A stretch of 64,000 nt of DNA from assembly GCA_964291625.2 (NCBI GenBank), contig OZ220089.1, positions 3,552,001 to 3,616,000 of the forward strand, given 5' to 3'. Below the pieces are notes generated by a model that was not told the DNA's origin, ran no database searches, and saw nothing but the letters and a program-made list of their open reading frames with translations. Made by a program: the position numbers and the translations under genes. This DNA comes from Candidatus Latescibacterota bacterium (GTDB lineage Bacteria; Latescibacterota; UBA2968; UBA8231). Numbering within the stretch: the stretch's first letter is position 1; every line of letters begins with the position of its first letter. Of this stretch, positions 30,392-39,064 are shown one piece after another.

Positions 30392-31567
30392 ATGCCAGCG
30401 AAATACAGAGCCGCCATCGTCGGCTGCGGCGGCATTGGACAGGCCCACATGGAGGGCTATGCCCTCGTCGACGGAGTCGAGGTGGTGGCCGTGGCCGATC
30501 CCGTGGCCGAGGCCCGGACCCGCTACATCGAGGAGGTCTATCCCCACCTGAACCTGCGGGGCTTCGAGAGCGTGGAGGAGATGCTCGCCGAGGCGAAACC
30601 CGACATCGTCAGCGTCTGCACCTGGCACCTGCTGCACCCGGCGCCGACGATCGCCGCCGCCGAGGCCGGCGTCGGAGCGGTGATCTGCGAGAAGCCGATG
30701 GCCATCGGCCTCGGCGCCGCCGACCGCATGGTGGAGGCCTGCGAGGCCAGCGGCACGAAGCTCGTGGTCAGCCACCAGCGGCGCTTCACCAAGGGCTGGG
30801 AGAAGGCCCGCGACCTGATTCGGCAGGGCGCCGTGGGCGAGCCCCTGATGGTGACCAACAAGGTCGCCGACGGGCTGTCGAACTGGGGGACCCACTCCAT
30901 CGACGGCTCGCGCTTCGTCCTCGGCGATCCCGACCCCCGGTGGGTGGTGGGCGCCGTCGAGCGCCTCACCGACCGCTACGAGCGCGGCACGGCGATCGAG
31001 GACTCGTGCCTGGGGCTGGTCCACTTCGAGGGGGACGTGCAGCTCTTCATCCAGTCCGACCTGATGCGCGAGGGGGCCACGGCCGGCGGCTTTCAGATCC
31101 GCGGCACCGAGGGGCTGATGGACGTCAACGAGGGCCGGGTGCGCCTGATGAACGCCGGCGCCGCCGGCTGGCAGGAGATCGATCTCGGCCTCGGGAAGGG
31201 TGGCCAGGCGATCGGCGGCGACACCAACGCCGCCCAGGTGCGCGAACTCGTGCAGTGGCTCGAGGGCGAGGTCGACGAGCACCGCGGCTCCGGCGCGCAG
31301 GCGCGGGTCACGGTGGAGATCATGATGGGTCTCTACGAGTCGGCCCGGCGCCGGCGGGTGATCCACTTCCCGCTGCAGGAGAAGGAGTACCCCCTGGGTC
31401 TCATGATCGAAGCGGGGGAGTTGCCGGTGGAGGCCGAGGGTGGCCGCGACATCCGCGGCTACAAGAGCTGGGAGGGCATCGACCGGGACCGCTACAGGGC
31501 CCTGCGCCGCGAGGGAGTGGCCCACGGCGAGGCCATGAGGCGGCTGCACGAGGAGATGGAGGAATAG
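30392..31567 (+). CDS. Gfo/Idh/MocA family oxidoreductase
   Basis: AIVGCGGIG, PDIVSVCT, ICEKPMA, HQRRF. Confidence 0.9.
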   Translation: MPAKYRAAIVGCGGIGQAHMEGYALVDGVEVVAVADPVAEARTRYIEEVYPHLNLRGFESVEEMLAEAKPDIVSVCTWHLLHPAPTIAAAEAGVGAVICEKPMAIGLGAADRMVEACEASGTKLVVSHQRRFTKGWEKARDLIRQGAVGEPLMVTNKVADGLSNWGTHSIDGSRFVLGDPDPRWVVGAVERLTDRYERGTAIEDSCLGLVHFEGDVQLFIQSDLMREGATAGGFQIRGTEGLMDVNEGRVRLMNAGAAGWQEIDLGLGKGGQAIGGDTNAAQVRELVQWLEGEVDEHRGSGAQARVTVEIMMGLYESARRRRVIHFPLQEKEYPLGLMIEAGELPVEAEGGRDIRGYKSWEGIDRDRYRALRREGVAHGEAMRRLHEEMEE

Positions 31568-31568
31568 C

Positions 31569-32381
31569 ATGTACTCGGTTTCCTACGACGGCTCCAACCG
31601 CAAGGTCATGTGGCAGGAGATGCTCCGCCACGAGTTCGAGGAGGCGGTGGAGCAGGCGCCGGTGGTGATCGTGCCCGTGGGCTCGGTGGAGCAGCACGGC
31701 CCCCACTGCCCCATGGACGTCGACATCTCGGCCCCCTTCCACATGGCCGCCGAGGTGGCGCGGAGGGTGGAGGACTTCCCCGTCATCGTGGCGCCGCCGA
31801 TCTGGTCGGGGTTCACCCACTACAACATGGGCTTCGCCGGCACCATCTCCCTGGGCCTCGAGACCTTCCAGGCCCTGGTGGCCGACGTCTGCCGCAGCAT
31901 CCACGCCAACGGCTTCGAGCGCATCGTCACCCTCAACGGCCACGGCGGCAACGCCGCGCCCTGCCGCGCCGTCAGCTGGCAGTTGGCCGAGGAGGACGTC
32001 TTCACCCTCAGCTTCAGCTGGTGGGACGCCGTCGAGGCCGAGATGCGGGAGTGGAGCGCCACCGACGAGCTGGTTGGTCACGGCGGCGAGTGGGAGACGG
32101 CGGTGCAGCTGCACCTGCGGGCCCACATGGTCGACATGAGCCGCGCCGCCGCCGACAACTCCCTGACGGCCCCCTTCGAGGAGCTGCCCTTCGCCGTCTT
32201 CGCCGAGCGCCGCCGCGACACCGCCGGGGGCACCGGCATCATGGGCGACGCCCTGGCCGCCTCGGCGGAGAAGGGCCGGCGGATCTACGAGCTGGCCTGC
32301 GAGCGGCTGGAGGCGCTGGCCCGCCGCTACCACGAGCTGCCGGTCCGCCACTACCGCGACTTCGGCAGCTTCTGCCGCTAG
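31569..32381 (+). CDS. Creatininase family protein
   Basis: PVGSVEQHGPHCP.DVD, NGHGGN, HGGEWET. Confidence 0.9.
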   Translation: MYSVSYDGSNRKVMWQEMLRHEFEEAVEQAPVVIVPVGSVEQHGPHCPMDVDISAPFHMAAEVARRVEDFPVIVAPPIWSGFTHYNMGFAGTISLGLETFQALVADVCRSIHANGFERIVTLNGHGGNAAPCRAVSWQLAEEDVFTLSFSWWDAVEAEMREWSATDELVGHGGEWETAVQLHLRAHMVDMSRAAADNSLTAPFEELPFAVFAERRRDTAGGTGIMGDALAASAEKGRRIYELACERLEALARRYHELPVRHYRDFGSFCR

Positions 32382-33712
32382 GCGCTCCGAGCGCCCGCCC
32401 CCCCGGGCTCCCCGCGCCGGAACAGGACACCGAGCAGCACCCAGAAGGCCCCCGCCGTGGCGGGCAGGTGCAGCGGGTAGCTCACCAGCCCGTGGACCAT
32501 GACCGCGGCGCATCCGCCGAGGGCCGCCCAGGTCACCGGATCCCCCGAGCGCCAGGCGGGTCCGAGGGCGCCCAGGCCGCCCGCGGCGAGCAGGACGACC
32601 AGCGGCAGCAGGCCCGCCAGGCCCGACTCGGCGGCCGTCTGCAGCAGCTCGTTGTGGGCGTGGCGGGGCAGGCCCCCCCTCACCGTGGCCAGCAGCCGCG
32701 TCTCGGCCTCGTCCGCCAGGGCGCCCGCCGTCCGGAACTGCCCGGGTCCGGCGCCGAGCCAGGGGTCGGCGGCGAACATGCGCCAGGCGAGGCTCCGGAG
32801 CACCCGCCGGTGCACCAGGGTGGCGTCCCGGTCGGCCTCATCCCCGGCCACGTTCAGCATCGCCTGCAGCCGCTGGCCGACCGAGGTCTCTCCCAGGCGG
32901 TTGCTCATGACCGGCTCGTGGCGGAGCAGCAGCGCCAGCCCCGCCGCGCCGAGCAGCAGCGGCAGCCATCCCAGGGGCCGCGCCCGGAGCCGGCGCAGCC
33001 GCGCGCCACGGACGTAGCCGGCGAAGACCACGGTGGTCCCCGCCAGACAGCCGGCCAGCGCCCCGCGGCTGCCCGCCAGCAGCAGGATCCCGAGGATCAG
33101 CAGGACCGCCAGCCCCAGGCCCAGGGCCGGCCGCCAGCGGACCCCGCCCGGGGAGCTGCCCGCGCCAAGGCCGGCGGTCAGCAGCAGCGGCAGGGCCGCG
33201 GCCAGGAAGCCGGCGAGGTGGTTGGGGTTGGCGAAGGGCCCCACCACGCGGTCGGGAAAGAAGTCGGCCCGGGGGACCGGGTCCCAACCGGCGTGCTGGG
33301 CGGCGGCGTGCAGGGAGGCCGCCACGGCGCCGGCGCCGATGCCGGCCATGGCGACCGCGGCGTCGGGCCCGCGCCGGAGCTGCCAGCCCACGAAGAGGGC
33401 CGCCGTCCCCAGCAGGGGGGGCAGCAGGGAGGCCGGCTCGGAGGATCCGCCCAGGGCGAAGCTGATCACCAGGCCGGAGAGCCAGGCGGCGGCGGGCCAC
33501 AGCAGGCGGCGCGGAGGCCGTTCCGGGCAGCGGCGGAGCAGCCCCGCTGCGAGGAGGACCGCCGTCGCCGTCAACCCGGCGGCCAGGGGTCCGCGGGAGC
33601 CTGCCGCGGGGGGCAGGAGGGCGACGATTGCCAGGCAGAACGCGGCCCAGCGGGCGAGGCCGGAGGCCTGTCTCCATCGTTGACGGAGAGAGGCATGTTC
33701 CCTAGCTTCCAA
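32378..33712 (-). CDS. O-antigen ligase (Wzy_C) family membrane protein; start uncertain
   Basis: GPFANPNHLAGFL, SRGALAG, PWLGAGPGQF, HAHNELLQTAAESG; an out-of-frame ATG at 33677 may be the true start if there is a 1-bp indel. Confidence 0.8.
   Translation of the reverse strand: MEAREHASLRQRWRQASGLARWAAFCLAIVALLPPAAGSRGPLAAGLTATAVLLAAGLLRRCPERPPRRLLWPAAAWLSGLVISFALGGSSEPASLLPPLLGTAALFVGWQLRRGPDAAVAMAGIGAGAVAASLHAAAQHAGWDPVPRADFFPDRVVGPFANPNHLAGFLAAALPLLLTAGLGAGSSPGGVRWRPALGLGLAVLLILGILLLAGSRGALAGCLAGTTVVFAGYVRGARLRRLRARPLGWLPLLLGAAGLALLLRHEPVMSNRLGETSVGQRLQAMLNVAGDEADRDATLVHRRVLRSLAWRMFAADPWLGAGPGQFRTAGALADEAETRLLATVRGGLPRHAHNELLQTAAESGLAGLLPLVVLLAAGGLGALGPAWRSGDPVTWAALGGCAAVMVHGLVSYPLHLPATAGAFWVLLGVLFRRGEPGGAGARSA
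33680..33708 (+). promoter_or_regulatory. sigma70 promoter for rpsR
   Basis: TTGACG (33680-33685), 17 nt, TAGCTT (33703-33708). Confidence 0.65.
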
Positions 33713-33776
33713 AGCTCACCTGCCGCATCGGCCCTCCCGCCGGCGGCCCCTCCACGCCGCACAGGAGCCAAGCGCC

Positions 33777-33998
33777 ATCGCCCGGGTCAATCGCAAAGAG
33801 TTCACGGCCAAGCTTAAGCCCGAAGAGATCGACTACAAGCGGCTCGACGTGCTGTCCCGCTTCCTCACTCCCTTCGGCAAGATCGAGCCGGCCCGCCGTA
33901 CCGGCGCCACCCGCTCCCAGCAGACCAGGATCGTGCGCGCCATCAAGCGGGCCCGCTATCTCGGGCTGCTGCCCTACAGCATCAACGATACGCGTTAG
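33777..33998 (+). CDS. rpsR: 30S ribosomal protein S18, Cys-free type, apparent ATC start (absent from ORF track)
   Basis: Manual translation: IARVNRKEFTAKLKPEEIDYKRLDVLSRFLTPFGKIEPARRTGATRSQQTRIVRAIKRARYLGLLPYSINDTR*; AGGAG at 33763-33767. Confidence 0.9.
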   Translation: MARVNRKEFTAKLKPEEIDYKRLDVLSRFLTPFGKIEPARRTGATRSQQTRIVRAIKRARYLGLLPYSINDTR

Positions 33999-34013
33999 CC
34001 CCTCTTTTCACCC

Positions 34014-34493
34014 GTGCCCGGGTCCGCTATCGGACTGATCGAGACCCGCGGCCTGGTCGGCGTCATCGAAGCCGCCGATACCGCGGCCAAGGCGGCCGAT
34101 GTCCGCCTGCTCGGGTTCGAACGCATCGGCGGCGGTTTCGTTTCCCTCAGCTTCCGGGGCGACACGGCGTCGGTGACCACCGCCGTCGAGGCCGCCCGCG
34201 CCGCGGCCGACCGTGTCGGTGAGGTCGTCAGCGCCCACGTCATCCCGTCGCCGCGGATCGACGTGGAGTCCCTGGCCCCGAGGGCCCCGGCCCCCCGGCC
34301 CGAAGGGGACGCGCCGGAGCCGGCGGAGCTTCCCCAGGATCTCGACGCGGTGCCGGTCAGCCGGCTGCGGCGGCTGGCCCGCCAGACCGCCGGTGTCGGC
34401 CTGAAGGGCCGGCAGGTATCGCGCGCCAACAAGGAGCAGCTGATCGAGGCGTTGCGCCAGGCCCTCGGCGCCCCCGGATCGGCGGGAGAGTGA
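34014..34493 (+). CDS. Bacterial microcompartment shell protein (BMC-H) with C-terminal extension
   Basis: AIGLIETRGLVGVIEAADTAAKAADV..GGG..FRGDTASV..SAHVIPSP; Pro-rich linker; helical tail. Confidence 0.85.
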   Translation: MPGSAIGLIETRGLVGVIEAADTAAKAADVRLLGFERIGGGFVSLSFRGDTASVTTAVEAARAAADRVGEVVSAHVIPSPRIDVESLAPRAPAPRPEGDAPEPAELPQDLDAVPVSRLRRLARQTAGVGLKGRQVSRANKEQLIEALRQALGAPGSAGE

Positions 34494-34867
34494 GCATGGA
34501 CAGGACGTGGGATTCCATCAAGCGCGGGTTCCAGGGCGGCGCCGCCGCCGCCGCCAACAAGGCCGGCAAGCTGACCCGCATCGGGCGGGCGCGGCTCGAC
34601 GTGGCCGCCGCACGGACGCGCCTGTCGCGCCTCTACACCGAGCTGGGGCAGAAGGTCTTCCGGCTTCTGGAGGAGGGCCGGGGCGCGGAGCTGAGCAGCG
34701 AGCACGGGGTCCGCGAGCTGCGCCAGCGCATCCGCGAGGCCGCGGCGGCGCAGCGCGACGCCGAGGCCGCGTACGAGCGCGTGCGCCGCGGCGAGCAGGA
34801 GGCCGAGGAAACCCCGCCGCCGGACGAAGGCCCGGAGGCGCCCGAGTCTCCCTCCAGGGCGGAGTAG
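34490..34867 (+). CDS. Hypothetical coiled-coil protein
   Basis: Overlaps BMC stop; helical, typical codon usage. Confidence 0.6.
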   Translation: MSMDRTWDSIKRGFQGGAAAAANKAGKLTRIGRARLDVAAARTRLSRLYTELGQKVFRLLEEGRGAELSSEHGVRELRQRIREAAAAQRDAEAAYERVRRGEQEAEETPPPDEGPEAPESPSRAE

Positions 34868-35145
34868 CCGCGCCGGCCTCGCCGGCCGGTCCGGTCCCGC
34901 GGATTCAGCCTTCGGATCCCCCCCCGCCCGTGAGCAAGTGCCGGCGGGGACCACCCGACCCTCGCCGCCGCGCAAGTCCCCTTCGGGCCCGCCACAGCGC
35001 CCGCCGGAGCCGGCCGGGGGCTGGCTCCGGAGCCAGACTCGGCCCCCCTCGGGCGGGCTCAGCCGCGGACCCACCCCTTGTCGTCCCGGTTCCCGGCGCG
35101 CCCGCCGCACCGTGCCCAGGCGGGCGGCTCACGGCTGACCGGCGG

Positions 35146-36123
35146 TCAGCGGCCCAGCTCGCGGAAGAAGCGCACCGCGTTCCCCCAGAAGTGGTCCTCG
35201 ATCTCGGACCGCGTCAGCCCCAGCATCTCCGCCACCTGCCGCTCCTGGCGCAACTGCTCGTAGATCACCCACGTGGCCTCCGGATCGCAGTGGGGCAGGG
35301 CGGGGTCTCCGCCGTGGAAGTGCCAGGCGCCGGCGTAGGTGATGTACTTCCCGCGGCCGCATCCGGCGACGACGTTGTCGGAGCCGTACATCACCCGGCG
35401 GCGGTCCTCGTGCTTCATCAGCAGGTAGTGGGCGTACACGTCGTTCACCGCCGAGGTGTCGTACCAGATCCCCGGCAGCCCCTTGAGGAAATGGATCGCC
35501 TCCTCCAGGAAGACGGCGTTGAAGCCGCGGGCGCAGTGGGCGAGGATCCAGCGGACGCCGGGGTAGACGCGGGTGTAGCGCTCGAGGTCGGCCAGGTTCT
35601 CGAAGTCGGCGGGCCCGGCCCGCTTCGACAGGTGCATGGTCACCGCCAGGCGCCGCTGGTGGGCCACCTCGATGAGCGGCTCGGGCAGGAAGTCCCGGAT
35701 CGGCGCCTCCGCCGGGTCGGGGGCGAAGGTCCGGTAGGGCTTGAGGCCGACGAAGCCGTGGCGCTCCACCATGGCGTCCACGTACTCGGGGCTCATGGCG
35801 GGGGTGACCATCATGTTGACGCCCGAGCGCGGGTCGGCGGCCATCTCGGCCGCCATCCACTCGTTGTGCCCGTGGGCGTCCATGCCGACGATCGGCGTGG
35901 CCAGCACGAGGTAGTGGATCTCCCGCCCCGGGTACAGGGCCTCGGCCCAGGCCAGGTGGTCCCGGTAGTCGATCTCCCGCCGCAGACCGCTCATCTCCGA
36001 GTCGCCGGCGTGGGCCTCCGACCACATGTGCACGTGCATGTCGTAGAGCCGCCCCGGGACGTAGTCCTCCAGCTCCCCCTCCCAGATCCGGCGGTCGATG
36101 TCGCGGTGGTCGATGACGGTCAT
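35146..36123 (-). CDS. Amidohydrolase family protein
   Basis: DMHVH, GLKPY, MH, ILAHCAR, YDTS, YGSD. Confidence 0.85.
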   Translation of the reverse strand: MTVIDHRDIDRRIWEGELEDYVPGRLYDMHVHMWSEAHAGDSEMSGLRREIDYRDHLAWAEALYPGREIHYLVLATPIVGMDAHGHNEWMAAEMAADPRSGVNMMVTPAMSPEYVDAMVERHGFVGLKPYRTFAPDPAEAPIRDFLPEPLIEVAHQRRLAVTMHLSKRAGPADFENLADLERYTRVYPGVRWILAHCARGFNAVFLEEAIHFLKGLPGIWYDTSAVNDVYAHYLLMKHEDRRRVMYGSDNVVAGCGRGKYITYAGAWHFHGGDPALPHCDPEATWVIYEQLRQERQVAEMLGLTRSEIEDHFWGNAVRFFRELGR

Positions 36124-36195
36124 TCGATTCCTCTCCTGGTGAGCGACGTAGTTTAGGGGCCGAACCGCCGCAAACCCAACCCGGGAGTTCCGCCC

Positions 36196-37083
36196 ATGCA
36201 TCACCGCCTCGGCCGCGACCGCATCGCCTACCGCTTCGACAAGGCCCTGGAGCCGGTCCTCGAGATCGACCCCGGCGACCGCGTCACCTTCGAGACCTTC
36301 GACGCCCGCACCGGCACCATCCGCTCCGACGAGGACCTCCTCGACCGGCCCCACCCGGCGGGCGCGAACCCGGCCACCGGCCCGGTCCTCGTGCGCGGCG
36401 CCGAGCCCGGGGACGGCCTGTGCGTCGAGATCGAGAGCATCGACCTGGCCGATGCCGGCTTCCTGGCGGTGAAGAAGGGGGAGGGGCTGCTGGCCGAGCG
36501 CGCCGGCCGCTACGCCACCCGCATCGTCCCCGTCTCGGACGGCGTGGCCCGCTTCGGCGATCTGCGCTTCCCGGTCCATCCGATGGTCGGCGTCGTCGGC
36601 ACGGCGCCGGCGGGGGAGCCGGTGTCGACCAGCTTCGCCGGACCCCACGGCGGCAACATGGACAACAAGCACGTCGGCCCCGGGGCACGGGTGCACCTGC
36701 CCGTGGCCGTTCCCGGCGCCCTCCTCGGCCTCGGGGACGTGCACGCCGCCATGGGCGACGGCGAGATCACCTTCATCGGCCTGGAGATCTGCGCCGAGGT
36801 CACGGTGCGGGTAGACCTGGTGAAGGGGGCGGAGACGAAGCGGCCCCTGGTGGAGACCGCCGACCACTGGATCACCACCGGGGAGGGCGACAGCCTGGCC
36901 GCCGCGGCAAGGCTCGCGGCCGGGGAGATGGTGGATCTCATGCAGCAGCGGCTCGGTCTCGGCTTCGAGGACGCCTACATGCTCTCCAGCGCCGTGGTGG
37001 ACGTGCAGATCTGCCAGTGCTGCGAGCCGGGGGCCTTCCCGGTGACGACGCGGGCGGTGGTGTCGAAGGAGGTCGTGCCCTGA
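36196..37083 (+). CDS. Acetamidase/formamidase family protein
   Basis: NPATGPV.V.GAEPGD, HGGNMD, LGDVHAAMGDGE. Confidence 0.9.
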   Translation: MHHRLGRDRIAYRFDKALEPVLEIDPGDRVTFETFDARTGTIRSDEDLLDRPHPAGANPATGPVLVRGAEPGDGLCVEIESIDLADAGFLAVKKGEGLLAERAGRYATRIVPVSDGVARFGDLRFPVHPMVGVVGTAPAGEPVSTSFAGPHGGNMDNKHVGPGARVHLPVAVPGALLGLGDVHAAMGDGEITFIGLEICAEVTVRVDLVKGAETKRPLVETADHWITTGEGDSLAAAARLAAGEMVDLMQQRLGLGFEDAYMLSSAVVDVQICQCCEPGAFPVTTRAVVSKEVVP

Positions 37084-37090
37084 GCGCGGC

Positions 37091-37840
37091 TTAGCGGGTG
37101 AAGACGGTGCCGCGCACGTACTCGCCGTCGTCGGAGGCCAGGAAGGCCAGCACTCTGGCGACGCCAGCCGGATCCCCCAGGGAGCGCCGCGCCGCGGCCA
37201 CGGCGGCCTCGGGGTCATCCCCCCGGGCCTCGGCGCCCTGGGCGATGTTGAGCAGCTTCAGGGGCGTGGCGATGCCGCCGGGGCAGATCACGTGGACGCG
37301 GGTGCCGTCCGGCCCCAGGTCGCTCTCGAAGTTGTACTGCATGCCGTGCATGCCCGCCTTGCTGGCGGCGTAGGCGTAGGAGGAGGAGGCGCCGCGCACG
37401 CCGGCGCCGGAGGAGACCAGGAGCAGCACCGAACGTCCCGCGGCCCTCAGCAGGGGGGCGGCGGAACGGACCGTCAGGTAGGTGCCCTTGAGGTTGGTGT
37501 CGATGGTGGCGTCCCACTCCTCCTCGGGCAGATCGGAGATGCTCCGGTAGGCGCCGTCGAGCACGCCGGCGCTGCACAGGAGCACGTCGACGCGGCCGTG
37601 GCGGGCGCCGATCTCGCCGAAGACGCCGGCCGCCTGCTCGTGGGAGCGCACGTCGAGGGGGTGGAACTCGGCCCGCCCCCCGGCGGCGTCGACCCGTTGC
37701 ACGGTGGCCCGGCCCTCCGACTCGTTGTGGTCGAGGATCACGCTCAGCGCGCCCTCGGCGGCGAAGCGCTCGGCGGCGGCGCCCCCGATGCCCGTGGCCC
37801 CCCCGGTAACCACGGCGACGCGGCCCTCCAGCCTACCCAT
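37091..37840 (-). CDS. Short-chain dehydrogenase/reductase
   Basis: TGGATGIG, YAASK, ICPG. Confidence 0.9.
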   Translation of the reverse strand: MGRLEGRVAVVTGGATGIGGAAAERFAAEGALSVILDHNESEGRATVQRVDAAGGRAEFHPLDVRSHEQAAGVFGEIGARHGRVDVLLCSAGVLDGAYRSISDLPEEEWDATIDTNLKGTYLTVRSAAPLLRAAGRSVLLLVSSGAGVRGASSSYAYAASKAGMHGMQYNFESDLGPDGTRVHVICPGGIATPLKLLNIAQGAEARGDDPEAAVAAARRSLGDPAGVARVLAFLASDDGEYVRGTVFTR

Positions 37841-38429
37841 CGGCGCTCCCGGGAACCAGGCCCGGCAGGCCGCGGACGAAGGCTGCCACCGCCTCGCCGA
37901 GGAGCCGGCTGCCCTCGTCGGTGAAGTGGACGCCGTCGTCGCGCAGCAGCCGCCCCCGGCCGGCGGATTCGATCACGGCGAAGAGGTCGTTCACGGGCAC
38001 CCCCGCGGCCTCGGCGGCTTCGAGGGCGGCCTCGTTGTAGGCGTCGACGTCGGCCTCGAAGCGGTCGAAGCTCTTGTTGCGGTGGTGGAGGACCTCGTCC
38101 ACGGGGGTGATCGTGGCCCACACGGGGCGGATGCCGGCGGCCTGCACGCGCTCGAAGATGCGGGCCACGTTGCTCCCGTACTCCTCCAGCGGCACCCGCG
38201 CCAGGCCGGAGTCGAAGTCCTTCGCCAGGTCGTGGAGGCCGCAGTTGAGGTGGGCCACGACCGGGGGGCGGTCCAGCACCCACTCGTCGAGGTGCTCCAG
38301 CACCTTGCGGGAGGGCCCGCCGTTGGGCTCCGGCGAGCGGACGCGGATCCCCGGTTCCAGCTCGCGGCGCACCGTCTCCTGGTAACCCATGCGGATCGAG
38401 TCGCCGATGAGGGCGAGTTCCATGGTCAT
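37833..38429 (-). CDS. SGNH/GDSL hydrolase
   Basis: LIGDSI, NCGLHD, DGVHF. Confidence 0.9.
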   Translation of the reverse strand: MTMELALIGDSIRMGYQETVRRELEPGIRVRSPEPNGGPSRKVLEHLDEWVLDRPPVVAHLNCGLHDLAKDFDSGLARVPLEEYGSNVARIFERVQAAGIRPVWATITPVDEVLHHRNKSFDRFEADVDAYNEAALEAAEAAGVPVNDLFAVIESAGRGRLLRDDGVHFTDEGSRLLGEAVAAFVRGLPGLVPGSADG

Positions 38430-38442
38430 GGTGAGCCCGCGC

Positions 38443-38913
38443 TCAGCGGCGCGGTTTCCACTCTTCGTGGTACTCCCACTGCACCACCAACTGCAGCGCC
38501 TCCAGCTCGCGGGTGCGCTCCTGCAGGGCGCTGCGGATGACGTCGCCGATGGAGAGGAGTCCGATGAACTCGCCGGCCCGATCGATGAGCAAGTGGCGCA
38601 GCCGCAGGCCGAGGAACTTGTCCATCAGCTCGTAGGCGTTGTCCGTGTGGGGGGCGAACTTCAGCCCCCGCGTCATGTAGTCGCCGATGCGGGCCGTCCC
38701 CGGGTCGAAGGAGGGATCGATGGTGTTGCGCATGAGGTCCCGCTCCGTGTAGATGCCCACCGGGCGGGTTCCCTCCGCCACCAGGGTGGACCCGACCTTG
38801 TTCTCCACCATGAGGCGCAGCGCCTCCAGAATGGTGGCGTCCTCTCCTACCGAGTAGAGCTCACCGCCCTTCTCCCGCAGGATCTGCTCGGCGGTCTTCA
38901 CGTCCTGGGCCAT
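38443..38913 (-). CDS. CBS domain protein
   Basis: VGIYTERDL, LRHLLI, GLLSIGDV. Confidence 0.85.
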   Translation of the reverse strand: MAQDVKTAEQILREKGGELYSVGEDATILEALRLMVENKVGSTLVAEGTRPVGIYTERDLMRNTIDPSFDPGTARIGDYMTRGLKFAPHTDNAYELMDKFLGLRLRHLLIDRAGEFIGLLSIGDVIRSALQERTRELEALQLVVQWEYHEEWKPRR

Positions 38914-39064
38914 GACAGGCTCCCTTCCGGCGCGGGTCGCGCCTGACGAGGGCGGGTCGGTGGAACGACCCGAAACCGCTGCAAGGACCGCTCCGGGGCC
39001 GGTCCGGCCCCGGGGGGCGCGCAAGATACGAACTGGGCGGGCCGGCTCCTACCGGGTGATTCCG

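Noticed and set aside
34868-35145. GC-rich hairpins between convergent genes as ncRNA/tRNA
   Set aside because: No tRNA arms or recognisable family motifs; stems are expected by chance at this GC content.
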